Source: Octopus vulgaris
Taxonomy: Eukaryota
Direction: 5' to 3'
DNA: 64,000 nucleotides
NCBI GenBank assembly: GCA_951406725.2
Contig: OX597815.1
Location: 153,016,001-153,080,000 of the forward strand
A model generated the notes under the pieces. It worked only from the letters and a program-made list of their open reading frames with translations, ran no database searches and was not told the DNA's origin. Each line of letters starts with the position of its first letter. Within the stretch, counting starts at the first letter, position 1. Position numbers and translations under genes: made by a program. Positions 11,974 to 26,323 of this stretch are shown here, piece after piece.

Positions 11974-12235
11974 TATACACACACACATATATATGTATGT
12001 GTGTGTGTGTGTGCGTGCGCGCGCATGTATATGTTTGTATCTCTGTGCTTATCTCCCCAACATCGCCTGGCAGCCGATGTTGCTGTGTTTACGTCCCTGT
12101 AACTTAGCGGTTCAGCAAAAGTGATTAATAGAATAATTACTGGGCTTACAAAGAATAAGTTCTGGGGTCGATTTGCTCGACTAAAGGGGATGGTTCAGCG
12201 TGACCGCAGTCAAATGACTGAAATAAGTAAAAGAA
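11773..12235 (+). mobile_element. tRNA-derived SINE with internal microsatellite (octopus OR/OK-like family)
   Basis: GCGCAGGAGTGGCTGTGTGGTAAG...GTTCAGTCC...ACCTTGGGCGAG...GGAAACTGAAAGAAG-(TA/TG)n-...CAGTCAAATGACTGAAA; colinear with 36105-36506. Confidence 0.85.
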
Positions 12236-12266
12236 TATATATATATAAGAACCAACAGTTAGCTTC

Positions 12267-12315
<49 letters not shown>

Positions 12316-12316
<1 letters not shown>

Positions 12317-13893
12317 ACGCAACTATGCAGGTCCAAACAGCCAGTTATGCGGCAGTAACGGGCAATAGTCTGACAGCTGAGTAACTGCAGATACAAGAAC
12401 TAGAAGTAAAGGAGATAGATTATAAGAAGTTCAATACCTTGTTGAAGAAGGAAGGTGGATGCCTTCGACTGACACCCCACCCCAAGGAACTAACAGAGAT
12501 AGCAGAAAGGAAAATAATTACATACAGAACGTTAAATATAGCGACAAGGAATGTGGAGATAGCAGCCGTCGAAGCGATAGAAGAATGCCTAAAAGACATA
12601 AAAGACGTAATTACATTGTACAACAGAGGACGGAAATTTGGCCCGGTAGATGTTTGCTTCGTTAATGAGAACGAAGCAAAAAAGTACTCCGCCGTAGCTT
12701 TGAAAGCGGTACAGTTGCACTCTTGCCTACTTACTGTGGCAGACGTACAGCCAGAGTGAGAATAGGGAGAGTGCCACCAGAAATAAACAAGGACTGGCTG
12801 GTGGCCGCCATCCTCTACAATGTAGAGGAAAAAGTCAAGATATTGAAAATATCCAAGACAGCAGAGGTCAACTGGTGGAGGTTTGGCCTCGAAGTGATGG
12901 TACTCATAAGCCTACCTGACATCCACAAAATGACAGAGGGGATAATACTCCCCGACAAGACCAGACTGAGAGTCATGGTAGAGGGGAGTCCACCAATATG
13001 CTTCCAATGTGGAGTAAAGGGGCAAATAAGGACAAGGTGTCCCCAGAAACACGAACAGGAGGTGGTGGAGAAAGAGAATTTGGAAAATGTAAGTGAAATA
13101 GCGGAGAAGGAGATGGAGTTGTTCGAGGACGACAAGAGAGGAAATAGTGAGTCTCCGCAAAAAGAAAAAAAGAGAAAGGAAATCAGGGAAAAAAGAAAGG
13201 CTGAAGCATCGATTAAAACAAATACAAGGGCCAGAGCCGTCAACAAGTAAGGAGGAGGAAGGACGGGAAGAACTGGTAGATCTGCTAGAAACAACAGCAA
13301 TAACGACAGAGAGTGTTGAAAGAGGACCGAAGCCGTCAACAAGTAAGGTGGATGAAGGACGGAAGTCACTGGAAGAACCGATAACAGAATTAGCAATAAT
13401 GATAGAGAATGTTGAAAGAAGGCCACGTAGAGGAAAACACGAAAGACTGTTGGTGAGATTCGAGAAAAGCGTAGAAATTGAGAAACGGATAGCAAGAATG
13501 AAGGGAGTTATCAGTACTAGGAGATAAACCGGTGAATTGAAATGTGAAAGCAGTATTATTAGATGATGAAAAAGCAGCCAGACTGAAAGAGACATTCGGA
13601 AGTAGGATAGAGAACACAGTATTGCGGGTTCGATTCGACGAATTACCACCTGTGATAACTTTTGAAGATATGACAAGTTTTCTGAAATATTTTTTTAAAA
13701 AATGAGATACAAACTGAACAGTAAAAACAGTAAAAGGCAACTTTCTACTTTGGCGGGTAGAAAGCCATTTTCATTAACATTATCTTTTTCACGTCTCATG
13801 AATCATTCGTTAATTATTATATGTACACCACGTTTGTACTGTCTGTCCTCGTAGTGTCCCCTCTATATTTAATGCTTTATGTCTAATAAAGAA
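12316..13893 (+). mobile_element. Tx1/L1-like ORF1-only element (gag-like, CCHC knuckle), no ORF2
   Basis: MQVQTASYAAVTG start, frameshifted ORF1 with CFQCGVKGQIRTRCP (CCHC-like) and an acidic/basic tail. Stop at ~13527, then a T-rich UTR ending TAATAAAGAAA. No endonuclease or RT seen. Confidence 0.7.
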
Positions 13894-14129
13894 ATCAGAG
13901 TCATTGTACGAGTTCTCAGTTGGAGTAGGTGTCAGTTACGTGATATATACGAGTTCGAGTTTCCGTCAAGTTAGACGTTTCAAAGTCATTGTTTTTCGAA
14001 GCTATCAACCATAGCACGATAGACAGGTCAAAGACGCGGAATAACGCCACAACATAACAGTGGCGATAAGAATATAAGAATATTACAGTGCCGACAATAC
14101 CATACAAGTAGATGAGGATCCATATTATA

Positions 14130-14295
<166 letters not shown>

Positions 14296-14747
14296 GTGGG
14301 TGGATGGGTGTGCGTATGTACGTCATGAGAGATAGAGAGATAAATTGATATTATGAACGAATGTTGCACCTACAGTTATATACGTTGTCATGTACATAGT
14401 TTCTTTGTCAATATTTTCTTTTGATATTCATTCTACTATTATATGGTATTGTAAAGACTCTGATCTCATCTTACATTGTTTGATTGTTTATGTCCTCTAC
14501 TATCATATCGAGTCTCCATGTTTCAGTTGTACGGTAGGGCTTTATAGAGAAGTTCAATAAAGTACTGTAATTATGATTCATCATCACAACCATAGCACAC
14601 ATTGAACCCATACACTTGGCTAACATCCCTGTATACTAACACAGTCAAGCCTGTACTCCTTTTGTGCTAGCTTACTGTATTCACTAAACTGATGGTTAAC
14701 GCTGTGGTCTCCTTTTCCACAGATTCTCCGTTTGCTCTCTGACTGAG

Positions 14748-14817
<70 letters not shown>

Positions 14818-14818
<1 letters not shown>

Positions 14819-15133
14819 TATGTTTGACTTTTGCTTTATATTTGTACAAGTTGGCTCCAAGTCTCACCCAGAGACCTCAAGAGACAACAGGTTGGAAGTT
14901 CATGTTGTTGTTATGCCTAGTGTGCCATATATTTGGGTGGGTGGGGGGAGTTTTTGGTGTTGTACTAATTTTAAACCGAAAATTATGTTTGTTTTAAACC
15001 TTGAAATTACATAGAAAGTATTTTGCGTAGGATATGAGCAGTTCCCATGAGCACTATCTTTTGAATTTCTGCCATTTTTGGGTTTCCTGGTATCTGAGTT
15101 AGGTAGCTATCAGCCCCTTTTGCTATCATTCCC
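14818..15133 (-). mobile_element. R4/Dong-type LINE 3' end embedded in (TAA)n
   Basis: KGMIAKGADSYLTQIPGNPKMAEIQKIVLMGTAHILRKILSM* is a typical RLE-element C-terminus. Flanked on both sides by (TAA)n (14750-14817, 15134-15165). Confidence 0.85.
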
Positions 15134-15165
<32 letters not shown>

Positions 15166-15204
15166 GAGTGAGAGAGCAGTGCATGCCATCAAAGTGACAC
15201 TGGG

Positions 15205-15308
15205 GTAAAATTATAGTAGAAGACGCCCAAGGTATGACCCAGTAGAATTGAACTTGGAACCATGTGGTTGGGAAGCAAGCTTTTTACCACACAACCATAC
15301 TTCCGCCT
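15205..15308 (-). mobile_element. tRNA-derived SINE head
   Basis: Reverse complement AGGCGGAAGTATGGTTGTGTGGTAAAAAGCTTGCTTCCCAACCACATGGTTCC matches the 11773 family. Confidence 0.7.
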
Positions 15309-15349
15309 ATGTGCATGTATGTATGTATGTATGTATGTATGTATGTATG

Positions 15350-15394
<45 letters not shown>

Positions 15395-15806
15395 GCATAT
15401 ACTGCAGCCATATCGGCACCGCCTTGAAGAATTTTACGAGGACATAAACGCACCAATACCAGTTGCCAAGGTGGTAGCAGAGGGGGAGAAGCACAGATAT
15501 ACACACACACGCGGTTTAATGACCCTCACAATGATTTGTTTTCGTTATGTTTCCTTGTATGTCTCCACTGTCCTGTTTTTGTTCCCAGGTTTGACCCCCC
15601 ATAAATCCCAAATTTTATTTTGGTATGTGGTTGGGAGCAACTGTCTTCGAAGACTCATACTTGTCGTTCAATGTTCGAAATGTAGGAGTTGTTATACAGC
15701 CGACAACTGATGAAGGGTCGTTCTTTATGTTACGTGTCCTGTTTTCCATTTGTTTCTCTCGTTGTTTTCGTATTTCATGTTGTTTACTGTTCGTGACGTC
15801 CTGTAC

Positions 15807-15853
<47 letters not shown>

Positions 15854-15875
15854 TATATGTATATCATTTATATTA

Positions 15876-17025
15876 TTATTTGATTGAACGCCACGCATCC
15901 GTTTCCAAGTAAGTTTTTGCAAATGGATCACGAGCGCAAAAATCCATGAACTCAGTGAGAGCTGTCCTACGTATGTTATTGTTTAATGTAACACCAGCAT
16001 TGTTCCGAAAGAAGATTTGATTTTCTTCAGGTAAAAGAACTTGAAGGCGAACTACAGTTGGTTTTCTCTCATGAATTGGAAACCTGAGTACTAAGGCAAC
16101 AGCTTCTGAAGGACCGATGTATCTTCCTATTAAATAACGTGTTATCTCATCTTCCCTGTTCACTCCAAACATTGCCTGATCACCACCATTCATGCTATAT
16201 TTGATAACATATTTGATTGATTTAGCAGAAGCGCATATCTATATTTAGGTAGCAGTTGAACAATTTTAATAGTTTCATATTATAGGGAACCACTCATTGT
16301 GACGTTATATTTCGGCTTTCCCCTCCTTCTTGGTGCCCTGCAAATCCTCCCATTCCTGGAGACAGTCTTTTGTACACTGGATAAGAGTCCTCCCCACACA
16401 ATGTATGTTTATTGAAAGGCTTAGTGTGCCGATTGCTGCATGTTCCATGTTTCCATCACGGCGAATTGTTAGAGCAATTGGGACCGTGGATTATATGCTT
16501 CAGCACCAATTGATGATCCTCTGAATCTTTGTTTGAATCTGGTGTTTCGACTTGAACGAATTTATCGTATTCCTGCAGTCTGGGCTTGGAGGCTTCATTG
16601 AGTCATAGCAAACAGTGTACATGAGGAAGAGCTCGTTTTTGATATTCAACGGTGATTTGGCAATGCACTTGTGAAATAAGCCATCTACTTCAGTAAGATA
16701 CTTTAAGAAGAGTTTCCGCTTCAGGTCAAATACTCTGGCAATTAAATCTAGCCTGTCATACAGCTTCTGATTCAGGAATAGGTTTTCCCCGGAATCCTGG
16801 CCAGTTTGAGTTGCATGTCATTGTGATGAAGAACGAAACATTGCCGTATTTCCGTAAGTACATCATGGCATCCTGGCATCGCTCCATCATATACCTCGGT
16901 TCACCGACAAATGTGGAAGAGAGTATGATTTGCCTGCCGATGTTGCGAAAATCGTCATCATCATTTAATGCATCAGTAAGGCCTTTGTATGTCGTAGACT
17001 GCAATGCTGTTTGATTCAACGCATG
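15876..17025 (-). mobile_element. Helitron RepHel pseudogene, Rep (HUH) region
   Basis: GRQIILSSTFVGEPRYMMERCQDAM...FFITMTCNSNWP; TVEYQKRALPHVHCL (HUH motif, ~16610-16655); KYVIKY...DEITRYLIGRYIGPSEA. Confidence 0.9.
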
Positions 17026-17179
17026 TTATATTTCTTGTTCATAAATAGATACTTTTTAGTTACTTAAGTCTATGCGAGATGGTTATACTTTATCCATATA
17101 AACGTATACATATTTGTGTATGTGTGAATGTGTGCACATAGATAAATATGTATGTGTATCTGTACCTAGCAACAACAAC

Positions 17180-17292
17180 AACATTGAAAAATACCTTAGG
17201 AATGAGAACCCCGGTTCGAAATTTCCTCAAGACACCTTATGAAACATTGTATTAACAACAAACAAGATGAGGACAAATATCCGTCAAATGTA
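17180..17292 (+). mobile_element. Short interspersed repeat with B-box-like motif and collapsed hammerhead remnant
   Basis: GGTTCGAAATTTCC followed by GACACCTTATGAAACATTGT, which looks like CTGATGA and GAAAC fused by loss of stem II. Confidence 0.35.
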
Positions 17293-18763
17293 TGTCATAT
17301 ATGTATTATATATTTGTGTATGTATTCTTTTATTGTATTCTTTTTCTGGTTTCATTAATTTTTTTCCCCATGGAAATATTTTATTGATCAAAACAGGTCT
17401 TACTTAGCCAGTCGTTGTATAAAACAGTGCAATAAATGTACATGAAATGAAAATTTAATCCCAGACAAAATGAAGATTAGTAGAAAGTCTACACACTTTA
17501 TCATCGCAATGACTATTTTTTAAGAGTTAGTCAGATTCCTTGATATGTGTATGCATGTGAGTGTATGCGTGTGTGTGTGCGTTAGTGTGTGTGTATGTAT
17601 ACATATATATCTATTTATAAATATTATATATCTGTCGATATGTATGTATATACTTAGATATAAATATATTATATATAAATGTGTGTATATATATATATAT
17701 ATGTGAATTTATGTTACATATATATGTATACATGTATGTCTCTCTCCCCCTCCCCTCTCTCTCTATATATATATTTGAGTCTGTGTGTGTATATGCATGT
17801 GTTTTTGCGCGCGTGTGTGTGCGTGTGTGCGTATACGTATGCATTCTTTATTCTTATTCTCTATACAAGTTAGAGTATGTAGACGCAATTAATTTCTGAA
17901 ATTGCTAACCTTTACGACTAATAATCGTTGCATGAAGTAAAAACCTGTCGCCTCTCTCCTATATTTGTTGTTGCAGACTTATTTCAACAAATTACAAGTA
18001 ACAAACCACACAGGTAAGTTAGTATTGGAAATGTAATATTTCTTTGGTTAAAAACGATATAATATAATATATTACATTGGAAGTTCGTTGCTTTAATATA
18101 CACCCATGATTGTCTTTTCATGTTTTAGGATTTTGCTTAAATGATCACTAACTTGCTTGATTTTATTTTATTTCTTCTAGTTTTATTAATTTATGCTTTG
18201 TTTGTAATATTAGCTTCATTTTGTTGTCCATATCATATTGTTCTGATAATGTCACTAAAGCCTGCCAATAGTAGATATTTTGCAAGTTATCTTTTGTCTA
18301 AATGAGATCTGTAGACAATTTAATGAAAAGCTAATATGTTAAATATGTAAAACATTTTTCCCCATTTGCTTAGTTTTTGTATTCAAGTTTGTGTTTCCTA
18401 ATAAATTTAAATTCTCATCAAACAATTTAAAATCTCAGACTATCAGACACATTTTTTTTTGAAAAGTTAAAATTTGGAAAGGATTTTGTTTGTCAGTGAC
18501 AGTCTATATATTTTTCCACGTGCTTCGCCAGGAGGGGTTTCTGAAGGAGGTGAAAAATGAAGAGGTTGGGACGGGGGTCCATGGGGGAAATTTAAGCTTT
18601 GAAATGCCAACTTTTTTGCAGATTCGGAATCTCCATGACCGGGGACGTAGGTTTCTGTGGAAGAGAGGAAAAGAGGAGAGACAGAAGCGGGTGTGGTCAC
18701 AGTCCGCCTTGTCCAATAAAAAAAGAAAAACGTTATTTTAAAATTTTTTTCTTTAATTCATTA

Positions 18764-19126
18764 CTTAGAGAACTATATCTTCCAGCCTGCTCACGTTTCT
18801 CTGTCCCTCTCATTCTCCATCACCCTATATCTTCCAGCTTTCTGGTTCGTAGTCACTGTCTAGATATCTTTATGCTCCTCCGTCCCTCTCTTTCGCTTTC
18901 CCTATCTTTCTCTTTCTTCAACTCTCTATCGTTGTCCTATCGGACTTTGAAGCCTTCCAAGTGTAAGCTTGTCCTTTTTTATTCGCTAGACTAGGCAACA
19001 TATTACTATACGCATATATACCTATATCTTTTGTTGACTAGTGTAGTCATCTATCTGAAAAAAAAAATTATTTTTTCTCTTTTTCCTTAATTCTAGAGAG
19101 CTATATCTTCCAGCTTGCTCACGTTG
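18764..19126. repeat. Dispersed short direct repeats CTATATCTTCCAGC(C/T)TGCTCACGTT
   Basis: Copies at ~18765-18797 and ~19093-19125, plus a partial copy at ~18825. Probably a decayed element. Confidence 0.6.
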
Positions 19127-19286
19127 TTCACGTAACCTCTGCCACCCACCTCTAACCATCACCTAATCAACCAAACTGCTTGTGTGAGTTGCCTCTTACT
19201 GCAAGGATGTCTCCTTAGGCACCGTCCCTAAAAAAAAAACCTGTCATAAAGGGCGGAGGAACTCATGAGTAGTGAACGGCCATCCA

Positions 19287-20485
<1,199 letters not shown>

Positions 20486-20929
20486 TTTTCTGATATATTT
20501 AATTCCATATATTAGGGAGCAGATGAGGATCCTTATTCGTGGTAAAGGTATCCCATATAGGAGAGAAAAGCTTTGATATATAACCAGGTCTTTGATTACT
20601 GTGGGTCTCCTTGACAAGGCTGTACGATCAGCAAACTCTGATTCATAGTGTAGACTAGGTTATCCAGCGTGTTTATAGCGGCTCGTCTTGGAGATAGAAA
20701 CCGCTGAAGAAAAAGCCTTGGGTGTGTTGCCCCTGGTATTGTGGCACATATGTGCACCATATTCTTGCTATCATCACTTCCAAAAAGTGTGGCTGGTTCT
20801 ACACAAGCGTTCAACACTCAAATCAGATCATATGTGTGGGTTTTCTGATAACTTATATTTATTCATTCAATACGGCACAGCTTCAACTTGAAAAAAATCA
20901 AAAATTCCTCTAGTAGGGACAGGTAAAGG

Positions 20930-22742
20930 ATATTACTGGAAGTCTCTTGCTGGATCAATACACAGTCGGCGACCATTGGGTGATGGCTGTTCCAGCACAG
21001 AACTTGTGTGTAACTGTGCTGTCTGTGTCCCCCAGACCTCGGTCGACCAATGATGATGATGATAAACATAGCACTTCTTTCCCCAACAGGAGAAAGGGCG
21101 AGAAAAGGGAACCCCCAAACATTGCTTTCTCACCTTAAATTTGTTAGCCCGCTGCTAAAGAAATAAAACATTGACATAGCTGCACTCAGTGAAACTCGTT
21201 TAGCAGGATCATCACAGTTAGAAGAAAGTAAAGGTAGACACATATTTTTCTGGTGTGGAAGAAATGAAGACGAACCACGCCACTCTGGTGTTGGTTTTGC
21301 CATCAAAACAAATAACTAGATCACTTCTTTCTCTAACCAAAGGTATTTCTGATCGCATCATGACACTAACGCTGGAACTTTCTCACAACACTCGTGCTAC
21401 ACTTGTCAGTTGCTGTGCTCCAATTATGGCCAGCACTGAGCAGGAAAAGGATGAATTTTACACCCGACTCCGTAATGTCATCTCCAGTTGTCAATATAGG
21501 GATAAACTTATCCTTTAACGCTCATGTTGGTGCTGACTATCAGGCATGGGAGGGTGTACTTAGTCGCCATGGTGTAGGTCGAATGAACTCCAGTGATCTG
21601 CGTGTGCTCTCCATCTGCAGGGAATTCAGTCTAAGGATTAAAAATAGTTTTTTCAACAGCGAAATTGTTGCAAGACGACCTGGATGCATCCGAGATCTAA
21701 GAATTGGCATCTCATAGACTATGTTCTCACCAAGAATCTAGATATTAGTGACTTTAATATTACACGTTCCTTTCATAACACCTGCTATCTCTGACCATTC
21801 TCTTCTCCGTAGTAAGGCTACGTTCCATCTGAAACACCCAAAAGTCATCAGTGCCTAAGTGCCTTTGAAAACTGCTGAAAAGCAGGCTGTGCTCTCTATT
21901 AAGTTGGACACTGCACTCAACACTGATGATATCAATGATGACATAGAATCATCTTGGATGGGTCTGCGGGATGCAACACACTCTGCATCTGTAGAGGTTC
22001 TTGGACTTCCTGTTCGTAAACATCAAGATTGGTTCAACGATAACAATACAAATGCCTAAAAGCTGATTGATAAAATGCACAGCTCTCACAAAAGATGGAT
22101 AAATGATAAGAGTTCATCCAGAAAAGAGAATGCCTACAAGAAATGCAGAGGCCAGGTCCAACATGCTCTGAAACAGATGAAGGAGGCTTGGTGTCCTATG
22201 GAATGAAAGGAGCATCAAACTTCGTACCAAAGTACAAGTCTATAAAACAGCCATTCTTACTACTCTCTTGTATGGCTCAGAATCATGGACACCCGACTGA
22301 CGACACATTAACCAATTAGACATCTTCCACAAAGACTGTCTGAGGACAATCTACGGTTATTCACTAAATGACAAAGTTTCGAATGCCAACTTGTTTAGCA
22401 AGATTGGCAGAATTGAGAGCTTCCTTGTGCAATCACAATTGCGCTGGCCTGGCCATGTCGTCAGAATGAGTGACGAAAGAACACCCAAAGTCTTTATGCA
22501 CAGCCAACTTGAGAATAGACACAGGAATGTTGATCGACCAAGGCTCAGATATAAGGAGACGCTGAGTGAACCCTTGAGTGAACAGCCTTGGAACGAACAA
22601 AATGGAGATCGTTGTCAAAATGGTATTAAAACCTTTGTTGCAACTAGCATTAACAAGCTTCGGGGTGCAAGGCAAAGGAGAAAAGCGGTTGCAAATACAC
22701 CACATGCACTGACCTGTAATCCTCATACTTGCAACGTCCTCA
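20930..22742 (+). mobile_element. RTE/BovB-type LINE with the RT core deleted
   Basis: APE endonuclease remnants IDIAALSETRL, SGVGFAIK, ISDRIMTL, FNAHVG, TTWMHPRSKNWHLIDYV. At ~22192 these join directly to the C-terminal LWNERSIKLRTKVQVY...LLYGSESW...QLRWPGHVVRM. No YADD segment lies between. Confidence 0.9.
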
Positions 22743-22747
22743 TACTT

Positions 22748-23834
22748 GGATCATCTATCGGACTTTCAAAGAGGTAAAATTGTTGGTGCTCATATGGCAG
22801 GCGCTAGCGTAACGAAAACAGCCGAAATGTTTGGCGTATCAAGAAGTACAGTCTCGAAAATAATGACAGCCTTTGAGAAAGGGGGAAATCCCTCCTCATC
22901 GAAACAGAACTCCGGAAGAAAACCAAAACTTTCAGATAGGGGCCGTCGGACTCTTACACAAATTGTTAGAAAGGATCACAAAAGTACAGCTCCCAAAATT
23001 ACTGTAGAGCTTAATGACCACCTCGAGAACTCAGTTTCCATTTAAACTGTTCGCCGGGAGCTGCACAAAGCCAGATTTCACGGGAGGGATGCAATCAGAA
23101 AACTGCTATTTTCAAAAACAAACGATGCAAAGCATTTAGTGTGGAGTAAAAACCTACAGAATTTGGTCCCTAGTGCAGTGGAAGAATGTTATTTTCTTGG
23201 ACGAATCATCCTTTACCTATTTCCGACCACCGGCCGAGTATACGTGTGGAGACAGCCAAAAGAAGCATTTGACTCAGACTGCCGTTTTACAACTGTTAAA
23301 CATAGAGGAGGGTGATGATCTGGGGTAGGGGGCTATATCTTGGAAATCCGCCGGCCCAATGGTTTCCCTTGATGGCAGAATTAATAGTCAAGACTATTTA
23401 AATATTTTATCTGATCAAATTCATCTTATGGTTGCGGAACTGTTTCCGGAGGGAAATGCAATCTTTCAGGATGATAATGCACCAATTCACACAGTTAAAG
23501 TTGTTACTGAATGACACGAGGAATATTGTAGTGAAGTTGAAATCTTATCTGGCCACCACAGGCCCCAGATCTCAATATTATTGAACATTTATGGTGCATT
23601 TTAGAAAAACAAGTAAAGAGTAAATAGCTTCCATCATCATCACTACACGAACTGGAGATTGTTTTAGCTGAAGAATGGACACAAATTCCTTTGGAAACAA
23701 TTCAAGCTGTGTACGAGTCCATATCTCGTAGAATTCAAGCTGTAATTATTGCCAAAGGCGGTCCTACTTCATATTAAATTAAAATAAATTTGTTTTAAAT
23801 TTCAGGATGTTGCCACTATTTTTTCTAATGCCTG

Positions 23835-23836
<2 letters not shown>
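22748..23836 (+). mobile_element. Tc1-like (DD34E) transposon, 5' end lost
   Basis: LSDFQRGKIVG...GRKPKLS (HTH), FLDES, FQDDNAPIH, PDLNIIEHLW. The 3' end ...TTTTCTAATGCCTG-TA looks like a TIR plus TA. Confidence 0.9.
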
Positions 23837-23886
<50 letters not shown>

Positions 23887-24014
23887 CAAATATATATATA
23901 ATTATGTATATATATATATATATGTCTTGCACTTTTAGTATTGTCTAACGGTAACAAAGTAATGAGATTAGGAAATGCAATGCACATGCACGTGTGTACA
24001 ACTTTAAACATTTA

Positions 24015-24890
24015 TGCAAACATTGTGCCAATGCAAGTGAAGACTTGTTGATTAAGCCACTCCTTGTCTACCATTCCGAAACCCTAAGAGCGTTCAAGTC
24101 GCACAAAATCCTGAAGGAAAAGCTGCAGTACATGTGAATGGCAAACGTTAAAGCCTGAGTCACTAGGCAATTCTTCCCTGAGTGGCTCAAACTTATCTTC
24201 GGACCAGCAGTAAAAAAGTACCTTCTGGAGAACGATCTTCCTCTCAAGGCTATCATCATCCTCGACAATGCTCCTGCTCACCCTCCTAACTTCGAAAATG
24301 ATATCCTGGACGAATTTAAATTCATAAAAGTTTTATACCTATCATGTAACACCAACTCTATCTTGCAGTGCATAGACAAACAGGTGCTTTTTAATTTTAA
24401 GAAATTGTGCACCAAACACCTGTTTCGTCAGTGCTTTGAAGTCACCAAAAATACAAATATAACCCTTCGTGAGTTTTGGAAGGAGCACTACATTGTTAAC
24501 TGCCTGAAAATCATCGATATGGCCTGGCTGGGTGTAATGAAGAGAACGCTGAATTATGCATAGTGGAAACTGTGTCTCGACTGCGTATCCGAGACATTGA
24601 GAGGTTTTAATCTGAGACACTTGTAGTCGAGGAGACAGTGTCTCTTGGCAAGTCCATGGGCCTCAAGGTTGACGATGGAGACATTAACGATCTCGTCGAG
24701 GAACACTCAGAGAATCTGACAGCAGATGAACTCCTGCAGCTTCACGACCAGCACCATTCGGATGAGGTGGAAGAGCTTGGTTCCCTGGAGGAGGACAGTG
24801 TAGCGGAGAAGGCTATCTCCTACCAAACAATAATCCACCTCTTCACTCCATTCTCTTCCTCGCACACAAATTGTCCCATCTTTAAGGTAA
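24015..24890 (+). mobile_element. pogo/Tigger (DDE_1) transposase remnant; continues at 26143-26286 after Helitron insertion
   Basis: CANASEDLLIKPLLVYH, AIIILDNAPAHPP, ILQCIDKQVLFNFKKL, LREFWK (TIGD1-like). Confidence 0.85.
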
Positions 24891-25820
24891 TCAATATCTA
24901 TAAAGCTGAAATGCGAAAATTTTGTCTCATTTTGGAATGAGAACGGTTTAAGAGGCGGTATATGGGGTCGGATTGGCTCCAAAATTTACAGAGACATGTA
25001 AAAAGAGGCGAGGAAGAAACCTCTATCTCAAAAGCTATGGTTACTATGGCAACAAAACTCAGACTTTGACAAGTGTTTGTCGTTTCTCTCTTTCGGATAT
25101 CACTCTGTCTTCCTCGATCTCTCTCTTTCCTTCCTTCCCTCTACATTCTCTCTGTAACGACGTTTGACACCTTCCACTCTCATTCTCTCTCCGCCTTCAC
25201 CGTCTCTCTGTCACTCTCTCTCCTACCACCTCTCCCACTGTACGCCTGTCTGTATCTATAGAAAGAAAGCGTTGACAACCGCAAAAGTTTAAATATTCCC
25301 GCTAGAGGTATTTTAGAACGGTGAATTATTATTGCCCACCACCACCGCACAATCATAAAAGATATTATTAATCAGATATATTGTGTTAATTTATATATAT
25401 ATGTGTGTATATAAATGTTGTTGTATTTAGGAATGGTCATTTTGCCAGTTTAGCCAATAAAAACACACGCACTATATATTTGGTGTTAATTTGCTTCAGC
25501 GTTATTTATTTTTTACATTAATCTTAATCTTATTTCGGCCAGAGTTCTTTAGTCACACCTCTGTAACCTCATCCGTGGTCCTTTGCTTTCTTCTTTCTTA
25601 TTTATGCGTCTCTCCTTACTAACGGTCAGCCATTTTGTATTTTGTATTCCTATTGTATGTGTCTTCATTTGCACATGCATATACCTCTATGTGTGTCTAT
25701 ATTTAGTTAGTGTGTGTGTGTGTGGGGAAGTGCCTGTAATATTTATACCTCCTGTTTATACACGTTCGTGTAATTTGTTTTTGTTTATTTTTATTTTGTT
25801 CATGTGTTCACACCTACATA

Positions 25821-25855
<35 letters not shown>

Positions 25856-26142
25856 TTCTGGTTGTATTTAGTTAAATCTTTTTAATGTGTATAGTTATTT
25901 ACTTCCATTTGTTTATTTATCTGTGTATTAATAAAATACAGTTGGGGGTGTAGACTGGACACCATTTGCCCGATTTCAATCAAATTTTCAACATGGTAGA
26001 GTGGAAGCGGATTTGTAATTTAAGCGCGGAAAATGGGTTCGAAATTTTGAAAATTTAGGCAAGATTTACGAAACAGAAAGGAAGCAACAGAAAGTAACAA
26101 CCACACCCTCACCCGCGCGTAGAGCGGGTCACCTTAAGCTAG
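24891..26142 (+). mobile_element. Non-autonomous Helitron
   Basis: 5' A|TC (24891 or 24897), 3' hairpin ACCCGC-GCGTAGA-GCGGGT then CTAG|T at 26139-26143. No TSD. It interrupts the Tigger remnant. Confidence 0.8.
25525..25580 (-). ncRNA. Degenerate hammerhead motif
   Basis: Reverse complement reads cca-CGGATGA-ggttacagag...ctctggcc-GAAA. Stem II is clear; the core has one change and stem III is lost. Confidence 0.4.
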
Positions 26143-26280
26143 TCAAAGTAATAAAACCAGTTTACATGTCATTTGTATACGCTTTCATTATGTTTTGTAT
26201 AATTGTCATTTTCCTTGTAACGGTACCTTTTCTGATATAAAGACCATAAAAATTATTTTGGGTGGGTGTTGAGGTCTGGA

Positions 26281-26286
<6 letters not shown>
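26143..26286 (+). mobile_element. 3' subterminal remainder of the pogo/Tigger element
   Basis: Resumes after the Helitron CTAG and ends GGTCTGGAACGGAT, a pogo-like subterminal motif (recalled, not verified). Confidence 0.45.

Positions 26287-26323
<37 letters not shown>

Noticed and set aside
12815-13676. 226- and 254-aa minus-strand ORFs
   Set aside because: Antisense shadows of the purine-rich ORF1.
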